Below are positions 1 through 7,210 of a stretch of DNA of 11,953 nucleotides, one piece after another; position 1 is the stretch's first letter; the number at the start of each line of letters is the position of its first letter. The stretch spans positions 1 through 11,953 of IMG/VR virus record IMGVR_UViG_2645727563_000006; one strand, 5' to 3'. Both the position numbers and the translations under genes were made by a program. Source of the stretch: a virus (Duplodnaviria; Heunggongvirae; Uroviricota; Caudoviricetes). Under the pieces are notes generated by a model. It was not told where the DNA came from, did no database searches, and saw only the letters and a list, made by a program, of their open reading frames with translations.

Positions 1-1122
1 CCCCGCCGCTAAAATGTTACGAGCGCCGTTTACATCGGCGTTCGCTGTATATCCACATACCTGGCATCTGAATTTACTTTGTGACAGGCGATTTTCTTTC
101 GCGGTATGACCACAGCACGCGCAACGCTGGCTTGTGTACGCTGGCGGCACTGCCAGTACCTGACCGCCATGCCAGAGCTGCTTATACTCAAGCTGGCGGC
201 GCATTTCATACCAGCCCTGATCCAGTATCGAACGGTTTAAACCTGATTTTGCCCGGACATTGCGACCCGGCTGACTTATCGTACCCGCCGCTGACTTTGA
301 CATGTGTTTAACCTTCAAATCCTCAATGACAATCATTGCGTGGTTTTTGCTGATGATCGTTGTGACTTTATGAAGGTAGTCTCTGCGGATATTTGCGATA
401 CGGGAGTGCAGTTGCTGTATTTTGCGTTTCTGCTTCTGCCAGTTGTTGCTGAATCTGACCTTGCGGCTTAACTGGCGCTGAAGTCTCGCCAGCTTTTTCT
501 GGTTTTTCTGGAAACTGTTTACAGGCTCAAAGACTGTGCCATCTGACAGCGTGGCGAGTTTAGCCACGCCAGCATCCAGTCCGACCATTGATACTGAAGG
601 GTGAACAGGAGTGGATACCTCTCTTTCTGTCTGAATACTGATGTACCACTTACCGCAGGACTGGCTGACAGTGACATTTTTCACAACACCCGTGACCTGA
701 CGGCTATTCCGGTAGCGCATCCAGCCAAGTTTCGGCAGAAAAATACGGCTGTTTTCCTGATCGAGCTTAACGCCCTGCGGGTAGCGGAATGCATCATTCT
801 GTCCCCGCTTTTTGAATCGGGGAAAAGCAGCCCGATTCTGGAAGAAGTTTTTGTAAGCCCGCTCAAGGTCTTTCAGTGACTGTTGCAATGGCTGTGAGGG
901 AGAATCTTTAAGCCATTCGGTTTCAGTGTCTTTTTTCCACTCAACCAACCAGGAAGCCATTTTCGTGTAAGGGATGTATTTTTTACCGGCCTCATGATTC
1001 TCATTCTGAAGCGCCAGAGCACGATTGAAAACGAAACGACATGCGCCTGCGAAGCGCCTCATTTCACGCTCCTGTTGACCATCTGGTCTTAATCGGAATT
1101 TGAATGACACCTGTTGTTTCAT
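1..1122 (-). CDS. tnpB: IS200/IS605-family TnpB (OrfB) RNA-guided-endonuclease-like protein; 3' end runs off the window
   Basis: Open minus-strand frame from ATG at 1122-1120 to position 1 (374 codons; absent from the ORF track because it is edge-truncated). Translation begins [20 protein letters not shown] and contains RuvC-I-like GLDAGV, RuvC-II-like IVIEDL, a CxxC...CxxC zinc finger (CACCGH...CQVCGY) and ADVNGARNI, the arrangement typical of TnpB. No obvious Shine-Dalgarno precedes the ATG. Confidence 0.85.
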   Translation of the reverse strand, partial: MKQQVSFKFRLRPDGQQEREMRRFAGACRFVFNRALALQNENHEAGKKYIPYTKMASWLVEWKKDTETEWLKDSPSQPLQQSLKDLERAYKNFFQNRAAFPRFKKRGQNDAFRYPQGVKLDQENSRIFLPKLGWMRYRNSRQVTGVVKNVTVSQSCGKWYISIQTEREVSTPVHPSVSMVGLDAGVAKLATLSDGTVFEPVNSFQKNQKKLARLQRQLSRKVRFSNNWQKQKRKIQQLHSRIANIRRDYLHKVTTIISKNHAMIVIEDLKVKHMSKSAAGTISQPGRNVRAKSGLNRSILDQGWYEMRRQLEYKQLWHGGQVLAVPPAYTSQRCACCGHTAKENRLSQSKFRCQVCGYTANADVNGARNILAAG

Positions 1123-1169
1123 GTCACTATTTTAAGCAAAAATAGCCGGGAGGAAAACTGTGCCTTATA

Positions 1170-1193
1170 TCCCCACTATGAGGAGCGTGGGGA
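1170..1193 (-). repeat. Subterminal imperfect palindrome (TCCCCAC / 10-nt loop / GTGGGGA), candidate IS left-end hairpin
   Basis: Direct reading: TCCCCAC at 1170-1176 and GTGGGGA at 1187-1193 are exact reverse complements; the position upstream of tnpB fits the ssDNA hairpins of IS200/IS605 ends. Confidence 0.5.
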
Positions 1194-1221
1194 GCGGCAC
1201 ATTGGATAAGGCGTAACAGGG

Positions 1222-4209
1222 ATGAGCTTAAGCGATCAGGTGGTTATGGCCACCAGCATAGAAACGCTGATCGAGCTGCTAAAGAACCTGCCCGATTACG
1301 GGCGGGTTTCGTATGTGGTGACAGCGAAGGGAGACGAGGTAAAAACGGCGTTTGATATCGTCGATGCCTCAGCTCTTTTGGTATCCAATACTCTGGATGG
1401 GAAAATTAATCCAGACTATCCCCAGGAACTTCAGCCGCGCGATCGGACCCGCGCATCCAGCCTTCTTCAGGTTAACCAGATATCCAAGGATTTGCGTCCT
1501 GCCCAGCTTACCGATTCCGGTTTATCCAGCCATGGTGCGCCAATAATTGGTGAGGACAATGCCGTTGAGTCAGGTAATGGGCGGACCATGGGGATCATTA
1601 AAGCCTATCAGGACGGTAATGCGGATCGGTATCGGGAGTACCTGATTGAACATGCGACCGAATTCGGCATACGGCCTGAAAAGGTTGAATCAATGACGGC
1701 TCCGGTACTGGTGCGCCGCCGGTTAACGAAGGTTGACCGTGTTCAGTTTGCCAAGGACTCAAATATTTCTGATCTCCAGGAAATGGCAGCCAGTGAAAAG
1801 GCTTTTGTTGATGCCGACAGCATAACACCGGCGATGATGGCGTTGTTTAACCCGTCAGAAAGTGGAGATCTGCTTAGCCGCAGTAATGACGCGTTTATTC
1901 GCGGATTCATGACGCAAGTTGGTGCCACACAGGCGGCTGGCCTTGTAACTGAAGATGGGCGACCAACACGGCAACTTGTTGACCGTATACAAAACGCGAT
2001 CTTTGCCAAGGCATATAAGGATGCGCGCCTGGTAAGGATGGTTGCAGAAGAACCTGATCCGGATATGCGTAATGTTCTGACGGCGCTTAATGCGGCAGCC
2101 AATGATTTTGTCCAGATGCAGGCTTTATCAGGAGAAGCGCACAAGCAGGCTGTGACAACTATTGTTGATGGCATTGAGACAGCGGATAGCCTCGATAAAA
2201 AGGCGCTGGCGGCATTGAAAGATGCGGTAGACCTGGTAAGGCAATCGAAGGAGTCAGGCCAGCATATTACCGATGTTATTGCTCAGGGGGATATGTTCAG
2301 CGAAACGGCCCCGGAAGTGAAAGCACTCGCGTTGTTCATCGTCGCGAATAACCGTAGCGCGAAGCGTATGGCCACCGCCTTTAAGTTGATGGCGCAACGT
2401 ATCAATGATGAGTTACAGCACCAGGGCCAGGCGCTCGGGGATATGTTTGGCGGCGGCGATGTGTCGTTACAGGATATCCTTCGCCAGGTGTCTCAGGAAC
2501 TGGAATACGAAGGCATGCAAGGGATATCCGGCGGTCTTTTCGAGTCCGTTTCCGGCGGTAGTTACAACGGTGTTGCTCCGTATACCAGTTTGCTATTACA
2601 TCGGGCATCCGGCATCAAAGACATTATTCATCTGATCAGGCTGCTTTCCCGCACAGATCCCCAGGATGAACAGCTTGTACAAGTGCTTGCGCATTTTGTT
2701 CGAATGCCTGTTGCCGACGTGAAAAAATGGTGCCGATTATTCGGTATCAGCAATTCGTTACTTCGCGGCTTGTTAAATCACGCATCCTCCCTTGGGCGCG
2801 ATGGCTTTGACGAGATAGCGCAGGCGATAAAAAACGGAGATATGCCACCAGCTATTGACTGGTTTTCCATTCGCCCAACCAGGGTGAAAGCATTCCTTAG
2901 CGCGGCGCATTTGGCATCACCATTGGCAGAAATGGTTCAGAGGTTGTCGCTCATATTCACAGACCATACCGCGTTGGGTGATCTGACTCTGGACGAGATG
3001 AAAGAAGCCTCCATTCAGTGGGCCGATCAACAAAATGAGGTTAACTCAGACTTCTTGCCAGCATTCAGGAAGGCCGTTAGTAAAGCTGATGATGCCCGTG
3101 GAATTCTGAAGGCATTTAAGGCATTGCAAAGTCAGGTTAATAAACATGTCGGTGATATCGATGGGGTAACGGCGGAAGGCAGGGATATCCTTAAAGAGCA
3201 CGGCATAACGCCAGAGTTTATTGATGAGATCAGGACTGATATGCAGCGTGAGGTCGTATCGTCCCTGCAAATTGTAGCCAGGGCGTTGGCGGATGCTAAT
3301 CCGAAGAGTGCGGCCATTGTTAACCGGGTTATTGGTGATATTGAAGCATCGGAGGGCATGGGGGCGCTGAAACTCTTCCTTTCGCGAGCGTTTAATCCTA
3401 ACGGCAATATTCTCCCTGGCATTATTGGTGAGGCTAAAAAGTATGTCAGTGAAGAAGAACTTGAGCAGCTTGACCAACTACTTAAGCGATTCTCATACAA
3501 CCCGCAGACACGCTGGCAAATGAATCAGCGAAGTATGGGTTCGGTCCACGAGAAAGTGTTATCTGCCATGAACAGTGCGATCGCAAACTCATCCGTATCT
3601 GAAGAAAAAGCTCTTGAGTGGGCCGACTCTTTTATCACGGAAGAAGTGGAAGAAGCCCGCGCTGGACAGAATGGTGGGATAGACCTGCGCAAGGAACTTG
3701 CTGATATTTATCGCCTGACCGGCGGTAAAATTTCGACCTTATCAAAGGTGGTTCACCACAAGGGAAGGGCATATGCAAATCTTAATGGTGTTGTTGCTGT
3801 CAATTTGAACGATGAAAATGCAAGTGCACTGTGGCACGAGCTGGGTCATCATCTTGAGTACAGTAACCCTGGTTTGTTAGAGAAAGCCCGGTCATTCCTG
3901 AAGGCCAATGTTGAAGGGGATAAGCCATCTTTCGTTAATATCGGTGGGCGTGGCAAGCCTGAATGGTGCTTCAGATCTCGATTGAGTAATATTTATATGG
4001 CGAAGGTATACCCGCCAGTCTCAGTGAGTAACTCCGGGAAAATTCGGCAGAAATCACCGACCATTTCCAAAACGTCAGCAACGGAAGTATTCTCTATGGC
4101 TCTTCAGTTGTATCATGACAAAGAGGCCGCTGCCGCATCACTGATGAATGGTGACGGATTGCTGGAACTGTTATTAGGTGTGGCAAAGGAGCTAAATAAT
4201 GCAGATTAA
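1222..4209 (+). CDS. Large 995-aa protein with a C-terminal HExxH (HELGHH) zincin-like metallopeptidase motif; candidate virion-associated polyvalent or anti-restriction (Dar/Ddr-class) protein
   Basis: Single 2988-nt ORF. WHELGHHLEY motif near residue 870. N-terminal QPRDRTRA is weakly reminiscent of ParB-like GxRRxRA, a low-confidence resemblance. ATG at 1222 has a poorly spaced RBS; an in-frame ATG at 1246 preceded by AGGTGG is an alternative start. Size and neighbourhood resemble the P1 darA-operon large protein (DdrB-like), from memory only. Confidence 0.8.
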   Translation: MSLSDQVVMATSIETLIELLKNLPDYGRVSYVVTAKGDEVKTAFDIVDASALLVSNTLDGKINPDYPQELQPRDRTRASSLLQVNQISKDLRPAQLTDSGLSSHGAPIIGEDNAVESGNGRTMGIIKAYQDGNADRYREYLIEHATEFGIRPEKVESMTAPVLVRRRLTKVDRVQFAKDSNISDLQEMAASEKAFVDADSITPAMMALFNPSESGDLLSRSNDAFIRGFMTQVGATQAAGLVTEDGRPTRQLVDRIQNAIFAKAYKDARLVRMVAEEPDPDMRNVLTALNAAANDFVQMQALSGEAHKQAVTTIVDGIETADSLDKKALAALKDAVDLVRQSKESGQHITDVIAQGDMFSETAPEVKALALFIVANNRSAKRMATAFKLMAQRINDELQHQGQALGDMFGGGDVSLQDILRQVSQELEYEGMQGISGGLFESVSGGSYNGVAPYTSLLLHRASGIKDIIHLIRLLSRTDPQDEQLVQVLAHFVRMPVADVKKWCRLFGISNSLLRGLLNHASSLGRDGFDEIAQAIKNGDMPPAIDWFSIRPTRVKAFLSAAHLASPLAEMVQRLSLIFTDHTALGDLTLDEMKEASIQWADQQNEVNSDFLPAFRKAVSKADDARGILKAFKALQSQVNKHVGDIDGVTAEGRDILKEHGITPEFIDEIRTDMQREVVSSLQIVARALADANPKSAAIVNRVIGDIEASEGMGALKLFLSRAFNPNGNILPGIIGEAKKYVSEEELEQLDQLLKRFSYNPQTRWQMNQRSMGSVHEKVLSAMNSAIANSSVSEEKALEWADSFITEEVEEARAGQNGGIDLRKELADIYRLTGGKISTLSKVVHHKGRAYANLNGVVAVNLNDENASALWHELGHHLEYSNPGLLEKARSFLKANVEGDKPSFVNIGGRGKPEWCFRSRLSNIYMAKVYPPVSVSNSGKIRQKSPTISKTSATEVFSMALQLYHDKEAAAASLMNGDGLLELLLGVAKELNNAD

Positions 4210-4507
4210 AATCGCAGCGCCATTAGGCGGAGATGCCATTATCGAATTTGATGATAATGAAGAAGTTTCCGGGCGTTTAAGCATTATCTCCGGTGACATT
4301 ACCGAGGACATGATCGCTGAAGCCATAGCTGGAGCAAATCCCAATAGCTATATGGGATTCGTTAACACCCTTGATGCTCCCGCAAGTGATGTTCTCCGAA
4401 CGCTGCATCTTTACGCTGGCTGGTTTGTTGATTGGCCAGCAGTAGATGGTGGCGATGAGGACGACGACGATGATTTTGGTGATCATGTAGACCAGATCGT
4501 ATATTGA
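4199..4507 (+). CDS. 102-aa highly acidic protein, translationally coupled to the upstream 995-aa gene; function unknown (candidate DNA-mimic, immunity or partner protein)
   Basis: ATG at 4199 overlaps the upstream stop by 11 nt. The product is rich in Asp/Glu with a C-terminal acidic tract DGGDEDDDDDFGD. Followed directly by a strong terminator. Confidence 0.65.
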   Translation: MQIKIAAPLGGDAIIEFDDNEEVSGRLSIISGDITEDMIAEAIAGANPNSYMGFVNTLDAPASDVLRTLHLYAGWFVDWPAVDGGDEDDDDDFGDHVDQIVY

Positions 4508-4510
4508 AGA

Positions 4511-4539
4511 AATCCCGCCAATCGGCGGGATTTTTTTTT
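4511..4539. terminator. Rho-independent terminator between convergent genes
   Basis: 9-bp GC-rich stem AATCCCGCC / loop AATC / GGCGGGATT followed by a run of nine T on the plus strand; an A-run precedes it, so it may also act on the convergent minus-strand gene. Confidence 0.8.
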
Positions 4540-5500
4540 AATCGCTTTCCACTTCTTCCGTAGTGTTTTCTTGCAGTTCTGTTAATGCAGCACGACACAG
4601 GCTCCGGGCATTGGCTATAGCCACACTTTTGACTTCATCCGTCATCGTGCAGGTAATGTACTGATCGAGTTCTTCAGCGCGGATGATGCTTTTGCCAATC
4701 AGAAACTGTATTTGCCAGAGCAGATCAGCATCCATAATCAGAATTTCTGCCGGGCCTTCAGGACCAGCCGGGAAGGAAACATAAGACTGTTTGCCCAGGC
4801 CGATAACTCGACAACTTGCTTCAAGAATTGCGCGATTGAGGTCTGACTTTGTAACTGATACAGGTTGATTTTCACCTGCGATTACGCCGTTGACATGGAT
4901 GTGGAATGGCATGTAGCTTGAAATTCGCTCTACTTTCCATACGCCAGCAAGCGATCCTTCATGCAGCACAATGGGGGTAACCGCGAGTTTCATCTCACCA
5001 TATAACTGCTGGCAGATAGCTGGATTGCTGAATACATCCAAAGGTTCACACTCAAACAGCGGCGCAATCTGTATGAGGTCCATCATGGTCATACCAGGGG
5101 TACGAGCAGTAATGAATCTGCGCATGCCAGTATCCATTGTGCGCCAGATAGCTACACCATGCTTTTTGCTCACTTCTTCAGTAAAGCCAAGGTGGCACAT
5201 GATGGTTTTTTCGATAGCCAGATCAGAGATAGAAACCTTTTCGCCAGGTACACCATCATTATTGATGGTCACTTCGACACTCTGGCCATTACGCAGGCGG
5301 TATTGAATTGTTTTAGTATTTTGTGCTGTCATAGTCTTTTCTCTGCTTAAAAACTGATGTATTGCGCCTTCAGGTGGGTCAGGAATGTTTTCCCACCAGC
5401 GAAAGCAATATCTCGGGGTGTTCTTTTCGTGAAAAGCGCGTGCCATTGCCAACTTTGGCGTTTTTTTGCGAGTTCGTGCTTTTGTCGGCGTCTTGACCAC
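4538..5500 (-). CDS. Hypothetical protein downstream of ssb, 264-320 aa depending on start; no motif recognised
   Basis: Long minus-strand ORF. The ORF-track start at 5500 is GTG with a Lys/Arg/Thr/Pro-rich 56-codon extension; the first ATG is at 5332-5330 (MTAQNTKTIQYRL...) with a weak purine-rich RBS. Start is ambiguous. Confidence 0.6.
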   Translation of the reverse strand: MVKTPTKARTRKKTPKLAMARAFHEKNTPRYCFRWWENIPDPPEGAIHQFLSREKTMTAQNTKTIQYRLRNGQSVEVTINNDGVPGEKVSISDLAIEKTIMCHLGFTEEVSKKHGVAIWRTMDTGMRRFITARTPGMTMMDLIQIAPLFECEPLDVFSNPAICQQLYGEMKLAVTPIVLHEGSLAGVWKVERISSYMPFHIHVNGVIAGENQPVSVTKSDLNRAILEASCRVIGLGKQSYVSFPAGPEGPAEILIMDADLLWQIQFLIGKSIIRAEELDQYITCTMTDEVKSVAIANARSLCRAALTELQENTTEEVESD

Positions 5501-5534
5501 CGCTTTTCTTTCAGTCGTTTTTTACTCATAAACT

Positions 5535-6023
5535 CTAAAACGGAATATCGTCGTCAAAGTCCATTGGAGGTTCGTTATTGGCGTTGCTCTGAGGTTTACC
5601 GCCACCACTGTATTGCTGGTGGTTTTGAGGTTGGTTTGATTGCCCCCAGCCATTTGAGGACTGTGAATCGTCACGGCGAGCGCCGATCATTTGCATGGTG
5701 CCGCCCTGGCTGACGATAATTTCCGTCGTGTAACGTTCTACACCGACGTCATCTGTCCACTTACGGGTTTTAAGTTTCCCTTCGATGTAGACCTGAGAAC
5801 CTTTTCGTAAATACTCACTCGCAATTTCAGCAAGTTTTCCGAACAAAACGACTTTATGCCATTCTGTCTGCTCTTTCTGTTGGCCCGTTTGCTTGTCGCG
5901 CCATGATTCATTCGTTGCGATGCTGAGTCTTCCGACAGCGCCGCCATTTGGTATATACCTGATCTCCGGGTCTTGCCCCAGGGTACCAATCAGGATGACT
6001 TTGTTTACACCGCGTTGTGCCAC
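5535..6023 (-). CDS. ssb: Single-stranded DNA-binding protein
   Basis: Translation [23 protein letters not shown]... has an OB-fold SSB N-terminus, a Gly/Gln/Asn-rich linker and the canonical acidic C-terminal tail [11 protein letters not shown] start at 6023 with AGGT upstream. Confidence 0.95.
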   Translation of the reverse strand: MAQRGVNKVILIGTLGQDPEIRYIPNGGAVGRLSIATNESWRDKQTGQQKEQTEWHKVVLFGKLAEIASEYLRKGSQVYIEGKLKTRKWTDDVGVERYTTEIIVSQGGTMQMIGARRDDSQSSNGWGQSNQPQNHQQYSGGGKPQSNANNEPPMDFDDDIPF

Positions 6024-6042
6024 TTATCTTACCTAATAAAAT

Positions 6043-6059
6043 AAATTAATTAGAGCAAT
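6043..6059 (-). promoter_or_regulatory. P1 C1-repressor-operator-like 17-mer (ATTGCTCTAATTAATTT, 16/17 to remembered consensus ATTGCTCTAATAAATTT) in the ssb-lyz divergent intergenic region
   Basis: Read directly on the minus strand; lies about 20 bp upstream of the ssb start codon. The consensus is recalled from P1 literature, not looked up. Confidence 0.5.
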
Positions 6060-6083
6060 AATGTATATCTTTGAAACGTAGCT

Positions 6084-6102
6084 AACAAGTGATTTGCATT
6101 AT
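6084..6102 (+). promoter_or_regulatory. Candidate late-type promoter element upstream of lyz: AACAAGTGA box plus CATTAT -10-like hexamer
   Basis: AACAAGTGA at 6084-6092 and CATTAT at 6097-6102, about 90 nt upstream of the lyz ATG; shares its 9-mer with the prt upstream region. Confidence 0.3.
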
Positions 6103-6192
6103 CCTGTGCCTTCTAAAGGGATCGAGTCAGTCGGTATTGGCTGTGAATGGGTGTTTGTCCTGGAGCGTAAAAAATTCGCTTATGAGGTCTTT

Positions 6193-6750
6193 ATGAAGGG
6201 AAAAACAGCCGCAGGAGGCGGTGCAATTTGCGCTATCGCGGTGATGATTACCATCGTGATGGGTAATGGCAATGTGCGAACCAACCAGGCTGGGCTTGAG
6301 CTGATTGGTAACGCTGAAGGTTGCCGACGTGATCCATACATGTGCCCGGCAGGGGTATGGACTGACGGGATCGGTAATACACACGGGGTAACGCCGGGTG
6401 TGCGAAAAACAGACCAGCAAATCGCCGCTGATTGGGAAAAGAATATCCTGATCGCTGAACGCTGTATTAATCAGCACTTCCGGGGCAAAGACATGCCCGA
6501 TAATGCCTTCAGTGCAATGACAAGCGCGGCATTCAATATGGGATGCAATAGCTTACGGACCTACTACAGCAAAGCGCGAGGCATGCGAGTAGAAACGTCC
6601 ATCCACAAGTGGGCGCAGAAAGGGGAATGGGTGAATATGTGTAACCATCTCCCTGATTTCGTGAACAGTAACGGCGTCCCCCTGCCCGGGTTAAAGATTC
6701 GCCGTGAAGAAGAACGCCAGCTTTGCCTGACGGGGCTTGTCAATGAATAA
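6193..6750 (+). CDS. lyz: SAR (signal-arrest-release) endolysin, T4-type lysozyme fold, 185 aa; matches the organisation of P1 Lyz
   Basis: ATG at 6193 preceded by GAGG. N-terminal Gly/Ala-rich weakly hydrophobic segment MKGKTAAGGGAICAIAVMITIVMG (SAR domain) carrying Cys13, then Glu42, Cys44 and Cys51 (NAEGCRRDPYMC) at the positions described for P1 Lyz disulfide-isomerisation control. The ORF-track start at 6094 is an upstream extension. Confidence 0.93.
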   Translation: MKGKTAAGGGAICAIAVMITIVMGNGNVRTNQAGLELIGNAEGCRRDPYMCPAGVWTDGIGNTHGVTPGVRKTDQQIAADWEKNILIAERCINQHFRGKDMPDNAFSAMTSAAFNMGCNSLRTYYSKARGMRVETSIHKWAQKGEWVNMCNHLPDFVNSNGVPLPGLKIRREEERQLCLTGLVNE

Positions 6751-6994
6751 ACTCCGGCAGCTCCGCCGACTTTCGACAATGAAGTTATCGCTGGCAGCGA
6801 TAGTTTTCGACTCGATTTTCATGGCGGTATATGTGCTTAATGAAACGTGGCCACTGGAACCGCTATTGTATGCCGGGCTTCGGCTGTGCCTGACTTTTTT
6901 GAGCATGGCTGCGAGATTGATGCAGCAGAAAGAAACCGCTTCAGATTGTCCACGCCGCGCGGTGCGCAAATATATGGCACGCAGGCGAAGATGA
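6743..6994 (+). CDS. Putative small membrane protein (83 aa, two hydrophobic segments, Arg-rich C-terminus) overlapping the lyz stop; candidate lysis-associated protein, doubtful
   Basis: ATG at 6743 overlaps the lyz stop (6748-6750) with GGGG 7 nt upstream. Segments LSLAAIVFDSIFMAVYVL and LLYAGLRLCLTFLSMAARLM; C-terminus RRAVRKYMARRRR. No homology can be asserted. Confidence 0.3.
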   Translation: MNKLRQLRRLSTMKLSLAAIVFDSIFMAVYVLNETWPLEPLLYAGLRLCLTFLSMAARLMQQKETASDCPRRAVRKYMARRRR

Positions 6995-7004
6995 TTTAAC
7001 CATT

Positions 7005-7021
7005 ATTGCTCTAATAAATTT
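7005..7021 (+). promoter_or_regulatory. C1-operator-like 17-mer ATTGCTCTAATAAATTT (17/17 to remembered P1 C1 operator consensus), probable Op51-equivalent upstream of c4-icd-ant
   Basis: Exact match to the recalled consensus; paired with an inverted copy immediately downstream. Confidence 0.6.
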
Positions 7022-7037
7022 GATTTATTAGAGCAAA
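7021..7037 (-). promoter_or_regulatory. Second C1-operator-like 17-mer in inverted orientation (TTTGCTCTAATAAATCA, 14/17), forming a near-palindrome with 7005-7021
   Basis: Reverse complement of 7021-7037 read directly; the two sites together form an AT-rich inverted repeat spanning 7005-7037. Confidence 0.5.
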
Positions 7038-7210
7038 TAACCTACCATCGAACACGGCTCTATTGATCTCATCGTCGTTCAGGCTTATAGTTCCACCGTC
7101 GTAGCAAATTCTGCGACCAGGTTTGACAGCCTGAATACGAATGCGGACAACCGCAGATTTCCGATATTGCGGTATTTTTGTGTCCGTAAACCACGTTACG
7201 CCCGAATTAT

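Larger units (their letters stand above)
1..1212 (-). mobile_element. IS200/IS605-family insertion sequence, partial: left end and tnpB present, right end and any omega-RNA off-window; no tnpA between the left end and tnpB
   Basis: tnpB plus a 7-bp-stem subterminal hairpin at 1170-1193. On the element strand a TTAC tetranucleotide (plus-strand GTAA at 1213-1216) lies 19 nt beyond the hairpin, resembling the IS608-type geometry of insertion 3' of TTAC. The boundary at 1212 is inferred, not demonstrated. Confidence 0.5.

Noticed and set aside
81-879. ORF-track entries 81-311 (+), 601-879 (+) and 681-866 (-)
   Set aside because: All lie inside the long minus-strand tnpB frame, on the opposite strand or in another frame; short, no RBS, no recognisable motifs.
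1352-3500. Seven short ORFs on both strands (1352-1546, 1598-1828, 1743-2174, 2402-2608, 2405-2635, 3046-3477, 3132-3500)
   Set aside because: Fully embedded in the 995-aa coding region; most likely frame-shadow ORFs.
3718-3744. Walker-A-like GGKIST in the 995-aa protein
   Set aside because: Spacing does not fit GxxxxGK[ST] and there is no Walker B context; not a P-loop.
4277-4598. Minus-strand ORFs 4277-4486 and 4362-4598
   Set aside because: Antisense to the acidic 102-aa gene and running through the terminator; low-complexity translation, no start context.
4971-5713. ORFs 4971-5306 (+), 5159-5350 (+), 5347-5529 (-) and 5357-5713 (+)
   Set aside because: Overlap the minus-strand unassigned gene, its leader or the ssb 3' end; no motifs or RBS.
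5738-5989. Minus-strand ORF 5738-5989 (83 aa)
   Set aside because: Alternative frame inside ssb, whose SSB hallmarks are in the other frame.
6094-6192. Upstream 33-codon extension of the lysozyme ORF
   Set aside because: The SAR-domain Met at 6193 has a GAGG RBS and gives the expected 185-aa endolysin; the extension would bury the SAR helix.
6127-6969. Minus-strand ORFs 6127-6477, 6564-6779 and 6691-6969
   Set aside because: Antisense to lyz and to the small membrane ORF; no start signals or motifs.
6737-6994. Apparent M-S-M dual-start motif (lambda-S-like) on the small membrane ORF
   Set aside because: The first codon at 6737 is TTG, not ATG, so the dual-start resemblance to holin/antiholin pairs is weak; only the ATG at 6743 is annotated.
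6044-7020. 20-bp inverted repeats flanking the lyz region (6044-6063 and 7001-7020) as ends of a transposon or invertible segment
   Set aside because: The repeats coincide with the C1-operator consensus and no recombinase lies between them; operator sites are the simpler explanation.
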